This document shows positions 46,266 to 54,795 of a stretch of 64,000 bases of DNA, piece after piece. The notes under the pieces were generated by a model. That model saw only the letters and a list, made by a program, of their open reading frames with translations. It ran no database searches and had not been told where the DNA came from. The position numbers and the translations under genes were made by a program. How positions within the stretch are numbered: position 1 is the first letter of the stretch; each line of letters starts with the position of its first letter. Location of the stretch: the NCBI GenBank assembly GCA_964592175.1, contig CAZQBU010000004.1, positions 21,412 to 85,411 of the forward strand, in the 5' to 3' direction. This stretch comes from an uncultured Lentimicrobiaceae bacterium. GTDB taxonomy: Bacteria > Bacteroidota > Bacteroidia > Bacteroidales > F082.

Positions 46266-49200
46266 ATGAGTCAGTATATCAAAATCACTATAAATGGCAA
46301 GCAATTAACCGGCTTCGAGGGCGAATCCGTTTACGATTGTGCATTGCGTCATGGAATTGAAATACCTTGTATGTGTTATGATCCACGATTGGAACCCTTG
46401 AACTCTTGTGGTATTTGCATGGTGGAAATTGAAGGCAAGCAGCGCTTACATTCTGCAAACCTCACCTATTTATATAAGGATATCTCAATAATTACTGAAA
46501 GCGATGTGCTTAGTACTTATCGCCGAAAAACTTTGGAAGATAAGCTTCGTACTCATTTTGCAGATTGCCTACCACCTTGTACTACGGTTTGTCCTGTTGG
46601 AGTTGACATTCAAGCTGTGATTGCATTACTGAAGAATAATAGGCTTCAAGATGCTGCATATCGCCTGGCTGAACGGAATCCGCTTGCAAATATTTGTGCT
46701 GCAATTTGTCCGCACCCTTGCGAATTTGCTTGTGGTGAAAGACATGATTCAAATGGCTCCAAAGTTTCAATCAGGGAGATTGAGAAGGCTGTTGCCGCAC
46801 AACGGCAATCGCTTATTGAAGACAATAAAATTGAATCTAACGGAAAGTCGGTTGTGATATTTGGCTCCGCTGCGGCTGCCTTGCTGGCATCCTATTTATT
46901 GAATCAAAAAGGATATCGTGTACAAATACTTGATTCCTCTGCTTCTTTCGGAGGCTGGATGCGTACTGCTGCCCGGGATAAGCAGCTTTCAGAGGGCTTA
47001 TTGGATAAAGACATTGATTTTATTGCTGCTTCTGGTGTAGACTTTTCTTCCTTAAAGGAGTATGAGGAATCATCTATATTATCGGAGGTTTTACAAAAAG
47101 CAGATGCATTATTGCTTACAACAGAAATAATGGATTCAAGTCGTTTGGCTCAACTTATTCGTGATTTACATTCGAATGATGACTCAATCATGGATAAAAC
47201 GCAATTGCAAGCCCTATCAGATTCCTTGCAAACTGCAATTCCTTTTGTATTTGCCTTAAAAGATTTTGATGAAAAACCTGAATTGTTTGTTGATCAACTA
47301 AAACAAGCCATTATAGCAGCTGATTCGATTGATAGCTATCTTATGAATCGTCCTTTTAAACCGCAATCTGAAGCGTTTTTGAGTAAAAAGAAACATTTTA
47401 TTGCGGTTGATATACCTCATGCCACTGCCGAAATCAGTCAAAGTTCTCAAAATATTTCGGATATAATTGCTGACTGTACTGAATGTGGCTGTTTGAGCTA
47501 TTATGACTGCAAGTTGCGTTTGTATTCCGACCGTTATGGTGCCAAACAAAAGGATGTGGATAGGCGTGTCATCGATATGAAGATTGACAGCCGCCATCCA
47601 TTCATACGATTGGAGCCTGCAAAATGTATAGGATGTGGGCGCTGCGTGCGTGTTTGTGCGGAAATAGTGGGTGCTAAGGCATTGGAAATGCGAGAAACCG
47701 AAATAAAATCCTTTGCTGCCCCTGTGAATTCATTAGCTTTGACAGAAACCAATTGTGAATCCTGCGGAATGTGTATTACAAGCTGTCCGGTAGGAGCAAT
47801 TTCTGAAAATCATGACTTTAGTTTTGGTCCATTACCTGTACAAGCCATACATTCGATTGATATGGTAGGCTCCGAAGGTTATGAAATTGAACTATTCAAT
47901 TACCGTGATGCCTTATATGCCGCAAGACCTTTGCAGCATGAAATGAACCGCTTGAGTTTGATCAACCGCCGTCAGTTATTTGGATATAAGCATTTTAGCG
48001 ATAGGGATCGTATTAGTAAACCCATGCTTCGTACAGTAGATACCTGGAAAGAAATTGAATTTCAAGAAGCTTTTAAGCTGATTGCGGAACGTATAAAAGC
48101 AGTTTCAGCGGATGAAAATGCATGTTTTGGAGGTGCCCGCCTATCGAATGAAGAATTATATATGATACAAAAGCTGGCTCGCACCGGCGCAAAAACCAAT
48201 AATACGGCAAGCTTCCATTATATGGGAAGGGGGGAAGGCTATGTACGAAATTCCAATGAAAATGCGATTTATTGCGATATACGCGGTGCTTCAAAACTGT
48301 TTGTGGCAGGAGGGGAGCTGCACTTGAATCATCCTATCGTAAACCACCTGATTATGAATACCCGCCATAAGGAAGGTATTGAATTGGTGCATATTACGAC
48401 AAAAGCTGATTCCTGGTTTAGTAAAAAAGCCGATCAACAAATTCGGATACGCAATTATTTTCACTTCATTAAAGCAGTCAATTATTACATCATTAAAGAA
48501 AAACGATATAACGAAGATTTCGTAAACAGCCGTACCGAAGACTTTGAAGCATATATGAAATCCATGCTTTCGGAAGATTATGATACCTTGTTGCGTGCAG
48601 CCGGTGTAAGCCATGAAGTAGTTTCCGGTTTTGCCGAAGATTATATCAATGAAATGAATGCCCTGCTTATTTTTGAAGAAAAGGAGCTTTCGGCAAATAC
48701 GGGTATGTCCATGCATAATTTGGCGATGCTTACCGGCAAATTAGGTAAGACCGCCACCGGTATCATTGCGCTAAAAGAGCGAAATAACAGTCACGGAATT
48801 TTCGATATGGGGGTCAGCCCGCAGCTTGGCCCCGGTGCAGAAGCTATTTGCGATCCTGATTTGCAATACCGCATGGCATTCTTATGGAAGACGGACGAAT
48901 TACCTTCTACTATTTTGGATGTGAATACGTTATTCCATCAAGGCAAGTTGCGTAATGCCTTTATCTTTGGTGAAGACCCTGCAGGATGTGCCGTAGATAA
49001 GGAGCACATCATCGATAAGCTGAAGCAGATTGACTTTTTGATGGTTCAAGACTTCTTTATGTCGGATACGGCACGTATGGCGGATTTGATACTTCCGGCT
49101 TCTTTCCCATGGGAGATGGGGGGAAGTTATACCAATTCGCAGCGGCGTATACAGCAGATTGACAAACAATTAGAAGGACCGCTTCGCATGAATTCATTTG

Positions 49201-49442
49201 AACAGTTGCTGGAAATCACAAAGCTATTGACACTCGTAACTACCGACAGTCCGCAAGAAGCAATGGATGAAGCCTTAAGCTTGTTTCCAAGGCGTGGAGA
49301 TTATAAAGAACTGCGTTTTGTGTACAAAGAAAAAGACAATGCCAACCGTCAGTTTGAATACGGATGCGATGTGCTGAATAAGCGTATTGATGAAGAATTT
49401 GCCGAAAAGTTGGGTGGGAAGTTTGTTGTTGCTAGTACTTGA
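46266..49442 (+). CDS. Multidomain Fe-S protein: 2Fe-2S ferredoxin-like + GltD-N-like Fe-S + degenerate FAD/NAD Rossmann-like + 2x[4Fe-4S] ferredoxin + molybdopterin-oxidoreductase (Fdh/NuoG)-like domain lacking canonical ligands
   Basis: 1058 aa. IPCMCYDPRLEPLNSCGICMVEIEGK resembles a NuoG/Fdh 2Fe-2S domain. CLPPCTTVCPVGVDI...NPLANICAAICPHPCEFAC resembles the GltD N-terminal domain. KSVVIFGSAAAALLASYLLNQKGYRVQILD and FVFALKD resemble the Rossmann region and the GD motif. KCIGCGRCVRVCAE and CESCGMCITSCPVGA are ferredoxin motifs. DRISKPMLR, SNEELYMIQKLAR and DFLMVQDFFMSDTARMADLILPAS are MopB blocks. Confidence 0.7.
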   Translation: MSQYIKITINGKQLTGFEGESVYDCALRHGIEIPCMCYDPRLEPLNSCGICMVEIEGKQRLHSANLTYLYKDISIITESDVLSTYRRKTLEDKLRTHFADCLPPCTTVCPVGVDIQAVIALLKNNRLQDAAYRLAERNPLANICAAICPHPCEFACGERHDSNGSKVSIREIEKAVAAQRQSLIEDNKIESNGKSVVIFGSAAAALLASYLLNQKGYRVQILDSSASFGGWMRTAARDKQLSEGLLDKDIDFIAASGVDFSSLKEYEESSILSEVLQKADALLLTTEIMDSSRLAQLIRDLHSNDDSIMDKTQLQALSDSLQTAIPFVFALKDFDEKPELFVDQLKQAIIAADSIDSYLMNRPFKPQSEAFLSKKKHFIAVDIPHATAEISQSSQNISDIIADCTECGCLSYYDCKLRLYSDRYGAKQKDVDRRVIDMKIDSRHPFIRLEPAKCIGCGRCVRVCAEIVGAKALEMRETEIKSFAAPVNSLALTETNCESCGMCITSCPVGAISENHDFSFGPLPVQAIHSIDMVGSEGYEIELFNYRDALYAARPLQHEMNRLSLINRRQLFGYKHFSDRDRISKPMLRTVDTWKEIEFQEAFKLIAERIKAVSADENACFGGARLSNEELYMIQKLARTGAKTNNTASFHYMGRGEGYVRNSNENAIYCDIRGASKLFVAGGELHLNHPIVNHLIMNTRHKEGIELVHITTKADSWFSKKADQQIRIRNYFHFIKAVNYYIIKEKRYNEDFVNSRTEDFEAYMKSMLSEDYDTLLRAAGVSHEVVSGFAEDYINEMNALLIFEEKELSANTGMSMHNLAMLTGKLGKTATGIIALKERNNSHGIFDMGVSPQLGPGAEAICDPDLQYRMAFLWKTDELPSTILDVNTLFHQGKLRNAFIFGEDPAGCAVDKEHIIDKLKQIDFLMVQDFFMSDTARMADLILPASFPWEMGGSYTNSQRRIQQIDKQLEGPLRMNSFEQLLEITKLLTLVTTDSPQEAMDEALSLFPRRGDYKELRFVYKEKDNANRQFEYGCDVLNKRIDEEFAEKLGGKFVVAST

Positions 49443-49555
49443 TGGATATGAGCTATAAACTAGCACATAGGTAAGAACCATTGTTTCATTAAAAAATAAT
49501 GGTTGAAACTATATAAAAAGTGATTTAATATCCAGAAAAATTAAATTGTTGGAAT

Positions 49556-51484
49556 ATGGCTAAAATGCGTATAAAACTTGACGAACTGGCAAACCCAGAT
49601 GAGAAGAAAGTATATAAAATTCTTGAAACTAAATTGTCAGATGATTATCATGTTTGGCCTAACTTTAATTTTCATAAAGTTGGCCGTGAAATAGATTTTG
49701 TAATACTTCATCCACTTGACGGTATATACGTCCTTGAAGTTAAAGGTTGGTTAAAACAAAATATTAACTTTAACAGTGAAGGGAAATTACAATTTGTTAA
49801 TTCAAAAGGTGAGAAATCGATACAATCAAATCCATTAGATCAGGTTAAATTAAATGTTCAACTGATATTGGCTGAATTAATAAAGAAAGTAGAATTTCAA
49901 CAAGATTCCGGATATTATAAGGGGAGATTAATATTCCCTATTAGTTATGGCGTTGTTTTTACTAATATTCGTGCTGAAGAAATTGAAAAAAATAATTGGT
50001 CAGAAAAATTCCCCCTTAATTCGATTTTAGATAAAGGGTTTGCTAATGGTGAATACTTCAATGAACAGGATTATGAAGACTCTTTAAAACAACTTAGGAA
50101 GCTGACATATACTAATCCAAGAAGCTTAACTAATAAACAGTGGGAAATTATCTCTAGTTTCTTTGGTACTACTATTATTCAAAATGTAAATGATGATGCG
50201 GTTATAGGGGTTTTAGATGAGTTTCAAGAGGAGTTAGTTCGCCATGAAATAACTAAAACTGTTATTTTTGAAGGTCCTGCCGGAAGTGGTAAATCAATAG
50301 TATTAGTTAATCGAGCAGAATTTATTCATGAGCAAAACCCAAATAGTAAAATTGGTGTATTTTGTTTTAATGTTGTGATGGCTAATATGTTAAGAAGTTT
50401 GCTGAATAAGAGAGAGTTTAATGATAATATAGAAGTACATCATTTTGATAGCAATTATATTGATAAGTTTCCAGAAAAATACTTTGATGCAATACTCATA
50501 GATGAAGCTCAAGATATGGAAGATAAACATTTTAATAAAATATTCGATCTTTTGAAAACTGAATCCTTATCAATATTTTATGACCCAAAACAAAATATAT
50601 ATAATAGGAGTAGTTTGCAGTCTCTACTTGAAGGACATGGTATAGTTGCAGAGTATACTAAGAAATTAATTCGTCAACAAAGGTCACCTCTACTTTTACT
50701 TGCACAAATCATGTATGATTCGATTATGCAGTTTGAAGAAGATGATAGTGATATATATATAGATAATATAGATCAAGTCATTGAGAAAGTCCTTAGTCAA
50801 GCACCTCAATATTTTGAATCTGCTTCGGACCCAATTTCATCAATTGCCACTGGTGCAGCTAGACATTTTACTATTGAAGGTCAAGAATTATCAGAGCTTA
50901 CTTTAACTGAAATGCTATCTTTTAGAATTGAAGTAAAAGAAATGAAATATGTTAAAGATATTATTAAAGATTTCATTGAAATTATTAAGGATTTTGTTGA
51001 TGTAGAGATAGCTACTTATAATGATTTTGCTATTATTTTTCCAGCGCGTAAACTATATGATGGTTATCAGGCTGTTTCAATCGAATATTGGGCTAAAAGA
51101 TTATTTGAGGAAGAAAAAATTCCAATTCGGATTATTAATAATAAACAAGGAAGAGTTATTCAAGCACCGGAATTTGAGGAGATTATGGAAAATGATAATA
51201 GAGAATTTGATTTTGAGGATGATGTAGTGCGATGTACTACTATAAATCAATTTAAAGGGTTAGATGCAAAATATATTGCGATAGTTGGTTTTGAGAATAT
51301 AACAAATCGTATTGAGAATAATCGTTATACTGATTTTGAATCAGATAAAAAGAAAAGTGCATCCTTGGCTTATGCGGGACTAACACGAGCTACTGAACAA
51401 TGTTGGGTTTATTATATACAATCAAACAAATCAATAGAAATTTTAGAGCATGTGCTTGAAAGTGAGTATTTAGTTTTTAGCTAG
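49556..51484 (+). CDS. NERD-domain nuclease fused to a UvrD-like SF1 helicase (P-loop NTPase)
   Basis: 642 aa. N-terminal NERD pattern (EKKVYKILETKL..YHVWPNFNF...REIDFVILHPLDGIYVLEVKGW). Walker A GPAGSGKS and Walker B AILIDEAQD. The C-terminal blocks TTINQFKGLDAKYIAIVGF and AYAGLTRATEQCWVY are UvrD_C-like. The gene is strongly AT-rich. Confidence 0.8.
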   Translation: MAKMRIKLDELANPDEKKVYKILETKLSDDYHVWPNFNFHKVGREIDFVILHPLDGIYVLEVKGWLKQNINFNSEGKLQFVNSKGEKSIQSNPLDQVKLNVQLILAELIKKVEFQQDSGYYKGRLIFPISYGVVFTNIRAEEIEKNNWSEKFPLNSILDKGFANGEYFNEQDYEDSLKQLRKLTYTNPRSLTNKQWEIISSFFGTTIIQNVNDDAVIGVLDEFQEELVRHEITKTVIFEGPAGSGKSIVLVNRAEFIHEQNPNSKIGVFCFNVVMANMLRSLLNKREFNDNIEVHHFDSNYIDKFPEKYFDAILIDEAQDMEDKHFNKIFDLLKTESLSIFYDPKQNIYNRSSLQSLLEGHGIVAEYTKKLIRQQRSPLLLLAQIMYDSIMQFEEDDSDIYIDNIDQVIEKVLSQAPQYFESASDPISSIATGAARHFTIEGQELSELTLTEMLSFRIEVKEMKYVKDIIKDFIEIIKDFVDVEIATYNDFAIIFPARKLYDGYQAVSIEYWAKRLFEEEKIPIRIINNKQGRVIQAPEFEEIMENDNREFDFEDDVVRCTTINQFKGLDAKYIAIVGFENITNRIENNRYTDFESDKKKSASLAYAGLTRATEQCWVYYIQSNKSIEILEHVLESEYLVFS

Positions 51485-51586
51485 TTTATGGCTTTCAAAT
51501 AAATTTATAGTTTATTATCTACATCTAATAGGATATTTCATATTTCGCATCAGTTGGCGATTCCTATTGGCAAGCGCTAAAAAAAT

Positions 51587-51612
51587 AAGGTGTTACTTTT
51601 CAGCAACACCTT
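51587..51612. terminator. Hairpin between convergent genes (possible bidirectional terminator)
   Basis: AAGGTGTT / AACACCTT, an 8-bp stem with a 10-nt loop. An A-run precedes it (a T-run on the minus strand) and an AT-rich tract follows. Confidence 0.4.
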
Positions 51613-51635
51613 ATATTATGTAGCACAAAAAAATA

Positions 51636-53108
51636 TTAGAATTTAAAACGTGTGGTCAAAACAAAATGATTGTTAATAATCTTTTGTTGGGTAGGATTGG
51701 TAATCCAATTATTGGAGCTGTACAAGAAATAATCTTGATTCATGCTACCGTTTATCCAGGCTAAATCCAATCCAAAATTATTTTCCGAATATCCTATTCC
51801 GAATGAAATATTTTGCAGTGCGCCATCATTCACTCCTTCTGCATAGGGGCTTCCATATAAGGCATAGCCCCCACGGAAGTTGAAGTTACTGAAACGCCAT
51901 TCTGTTCCAAAGCGGAGGTTCACCACCGACTGGAAATTATTTTTTATTGAATTGTTTTCATTGTTAAAGCTATAATCATTTGCTCTGAGGCGCATTTTGC
52001 TGTAGTCAACAAACTCCACATCTGCACTTATCAAGCCCAGATTACCAAAAATAAATGCAGCACTTCCTGTGCTACGCAAAGGCGTGCTCAGCTCGTACAT
52101 ATATTCACCGGTAGGCGAATCTTTTTTGTTGTAATCCGGTCCGATATATGCTTCAGTACTTGTTTGCCACACATCCATCAAATTACCGTAATAGGTGGGC
52201 GTATGTATGGAGGCTCCTAATCTGAGCCAATCTACGGGCCAGGCGATGACACCCAGCTTGAAGTTCAAGCCCCAGCCGTGTGTTTCCAAGAGTTCGGTAT
52301 AGCTCCATTCGTCAAAGTCGTACACATCTTCCCACACCAGATTATATTCCGTGAAGGTGGTAGAGCGGTAAAAGCGCGTATAAGGCAATCCCAGGGTACC
52401 ACCTATATATAATCTGTCATTCAAGTTGGCACCTGCAGAAAACAGCCATTCATTGGTGGAGCCGTAGCTGCTCATCACTTCTGACTGCAGCAATCCACCC
52501 GGTGGAATAGGGCTGTCATAATATAATAGTCCGTCGCTGCCACGGATGGTGTCAAGCACATATACATACCATGCTGGATACAAGTCAAACGGATAATTAT
52601 CCTGATTGATGTTTGCAGGATCCACTCCGTCGAGCCTGTCTAAATAAATATCGATTAAAGAATGTTCCCAATTTTCGCCTTCTATTGCACTTCTGCTTCC
52701 AAAGTGATTGGTACGATTCATTCCGATACCATAATGATAAAATTTCCATGGAGAAGTTTTACCGTTCATCTGAGGTATTTCATTTGTAAATACCATTCCG
52801 AAGTTTCCAAGGTTAAAGCGCATACGCGAATCATCGGCAAATGAGTTGTTATATGTTGACTCGATGCTTCTATTGAAGAGCCCCGGGCTGAAGCTAAATT
52901 CGGAGCTTCGATATAATGCGATACCTGCGGGGTTTGTGCTGAGTGTTGAAAAATCGGCACCCAAAGCCCCAAATGCCCCTCCCATTGCCATGCTACGGGC
53001 TGTGCCTTGGTAAAACTGTTGTGATAATCGAAGTGCATCAACTTCATTTTGAGCTGTCAACAGTGTGGCAGTGAGCAGGAAGGATGCAATAATCAGTATT
53101 TTTTTCAT
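51636..53108 (-). CDS. FadL/PorV-like outer-membrane beta-barrel protein
   Basis: 490 aa. Signal peptide ending TAQ. GTARSMAMGGAFGALGADFSTLSTNPAGIAL resembles the N-terminal hatch motif of FadL-superfamily barrels. C-terminal TTRFKF. Confidence 0.5.
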   Translation of the reverse strand: MKKILIIASFLLTATLLTAQNEVDALRLSQQFYQGTARSMAMGGAFGALGADFSTLSTNPAGIALYRSSEFSFSPGLFNRSIESTYNNSFADDSRMRFNLGNFGMVFTNEIPQMNGKTSPWKFYHYGIGMNRTNHFGSRSAIEGENWEHSLIDIYLDRLDGVDPANINQDNYPFDLYPAWYVYVLDTIRGSDGLLYYDSPIPPGGLLQSEVMSSYGSTNEWLFSAGANLNDRLYIGGTLGLPYTRFYRSTTFTEYNLVWEDVYDFDEWSYTELLETHGWGLNFKLGVIAWPVDWLRLGASIHTPTYYGNLMDVWQTSTEAYIGPDYNKKDSPTGEYMYELSTPLRSTGSAAFIFGNLGLISADVEFVDYSKMRLRANDYSFNNENNSIKNNFQSVVNLRFGTEWRFSNFNFRGGYALYGSPYAEGVNDGALQNISFGIGYSENNFGLDLAWINGSMNQDYFLYSSNNWITNPTQQKIINNHFVLTTRFKF

Positions 53109-53222
53109 CTGTGTATTTATTATAAGCTTTTCAAAAAATCTCTTGTAAATCAGGCGTTTTCGCAGCCTATTTTTTGTGAGATTATATTCTTACAAAAATT
53201 TATTTATGCTATACTATTCATT

Positions 53223-54692
53223 TTAGCGGCGTCCACCTGAGCTTGTTGCTGAGCTGCTGCTTCCTCTGGATGCGCCTGATGACGAAGAGCCTGATGATGA
53301 GCTTCTTGCCGGTGCCGAGTAGGAGGGCGAGCTGCTTCTTGCCGGTGCTGAATAGGATGAGCTTCTGTTATTTGAAGGTGCCGAATAGCTTCTGCTGTTC
53401 GATGTTCCTGAACTGCGTGCAGGTGCTGATTGACTCCTTACTGTATTTGTCTGACGCTGTACCGGTGCTTGATTTCTGTTTATGGTACCGGAATTTTGGC
53501 GTGGTGTTGCTTGCGGACGTACATATTCATTACTTGACTTAGGTTGACGTGTACTGGGTGAAGTATACGATCTGGGTCTTTCATATTGTTGTGTTCTGCT
53601 TTGTGCATTTGATGAGGCAGGGCGATCGTAGCGTTGACGGTATTCCGAAACCTTATCTTGTGTACTGGGTCTTGTGGTTTGTCCTGCTGATGTTCCGGGT
53701 CTTGTAGCACGTGTCACAGTTTGTTGTCTGTCTTGTGTGGTGCCGCTGGCACTTCCTGTACCTCTGTTTACAGCAGTGCCTCTTGCTTCGCCACTTTGTA
53801 CGGAAGAACCCCTTTCGGCAGCACGTGCGCTGGTGCCGACAGCTGGATCATTAATACGCGTGCCGCGATTGTTACCTACACTATTACCTTGTATATTGTC
53901 GCTGCGGTTACCCCTTGGAGCGCCGGAAGCAACAGTAGTTCCACCTCCGGTAGTAGCACGTGGTCCATATACATAGCTGCTTGATTTCCAGTAAAACGGA
54001 TTATCAATATTGTTTCCGTAATAATAACCGTCGTAGAAACCGTGGCGATAACCTGCCCAATAGCTGCCGTATCCGTATCCGTAATAGCCGCCATATCCCC
54101 AATAGTTGTAGCGCCAAGGATTATAATATCCATAACCGTATCCATACCAGGGTGAGTACCAAGGATCATAGAAGAATGAGTTATAATAACCCATATGGGA
54201 ACGATAATATGGATAGCCGTAGCTGTAGGAGAGGCCGAGTCCGTAGGGATAGCCGTAGCTTAATGCAAAGCTGCTGCCTGAGCAGTCGAAGCAATTGCTG
54301 TTATAACCGTCATAATATCCGAATGAACTGTTGAGCCCACTGTCAAATCTCCTGAAACGGCTTGCATAATCGGAATCGTAATAAGTTTCGGTAGTTGAAT
54401 AACTCGTACCGTCCGGCTCGATAATGGTTTCGTTTGTGGTATAAACCGGATTGACGGAAGTGCTTTGAACCTGTGAGGCCGCATTGTCCTGATAATAGCT
54501 TTGGTATTCATAATCACCGTTTGTACTTTGTGTTACAACACGTTTTTGCACATCGGGTGCACTAGCCATCTGTTGTTCGTAACTTGCATTTTTGCTACGT
54601 GAATAATAGATGTCGTCATACACATGACTGCTTGTGGAACAGGCACTCAAGGCGAATACCACGAGAATGGTAAGAATGTTAAAAGTTTTCAT
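53223..54692 (-). CDS. Low-complexity lipoprotein (Tyr/Gly-rich core, Ser/Arg/Thr-rich repetitive tail)
   Basis: I prefer the start [19 protein letters not shown] at 54692 (lipobox). The core reads [33 protein letters not shown]. The tail carries the repeats [33 protein letters not shown]. The opposite-strand ORFs here are compositional shadows. Confidence 0.6.
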   Translation of the reverse strand: MKTFNILTILVVFALSACSTSSHVYDDIYYSRSKNASYEQQMASAPDVQKRVVTQSTNGDYEYQSYYQDNAASQVQSTSVNPVYTTNETIIEPDGTSYSTTETYYDSDYASRFRRFDSGLNSSFGYYDGYNSNCFDCSGSSFALSYGYPYGLGLSYSYGYPYYRSHMGYYNSFFYDPWYSPWYGYGYGYYNPWRYNYWGYGGYYGYGYGSYWAGYRHGFYDGYYYGNNIDNPFYWKSSSYVYGPRATTGGGTTVASGAPRGNRSDNIQGNSVGNNRGTRINDPAVGTSARAAERGSSVQSGEARGTAVNRGTGSASGTTQDRQQTVTRATRPGTSAGQTTRPSTQDKVSEYRQRYDRPASSNAQSRTQQYERPRSYTSPSTRQPKSSNEYVRPQATPRQNSGTINRNQAPVQRQTNTVRSQSAPARSSGTSNSRSYSAPSNNRSSSYSAPARSSSPSYSAPARSSSSGSSSSGASRGSSSSATSSGGRR

Positions 54693-54795
54693 TTTATTGA
54701 TCTCCATATTTTTATTGTGCAAAATCTGCATGGTTTTATTATTTTTGCCACTAGATTTATCTACAATTAAGTTACAAATATTATACCAAACTTCA

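Noticed and set aside
53243-54334. Several plus-strand ORFs (53243..53542, 53674..53976, 53721..53984, 53960..54334) opposite the low-complexity lipoprotein gene
   Set aside because: The repetitive Ser/Arg/Tyr/Gly codons of the minus-strand gene keep the antisense frames open. None has a signal, motif or start context.
54634-54795. N-terminal extension of the proS ORF
   Set aside because: It overlaps the start of the divergent lipoprotein gene and encodes a hydrophobic peptide unrelated to ProRS. The canonical ProRS N-terminus begins at the Met at 54796.
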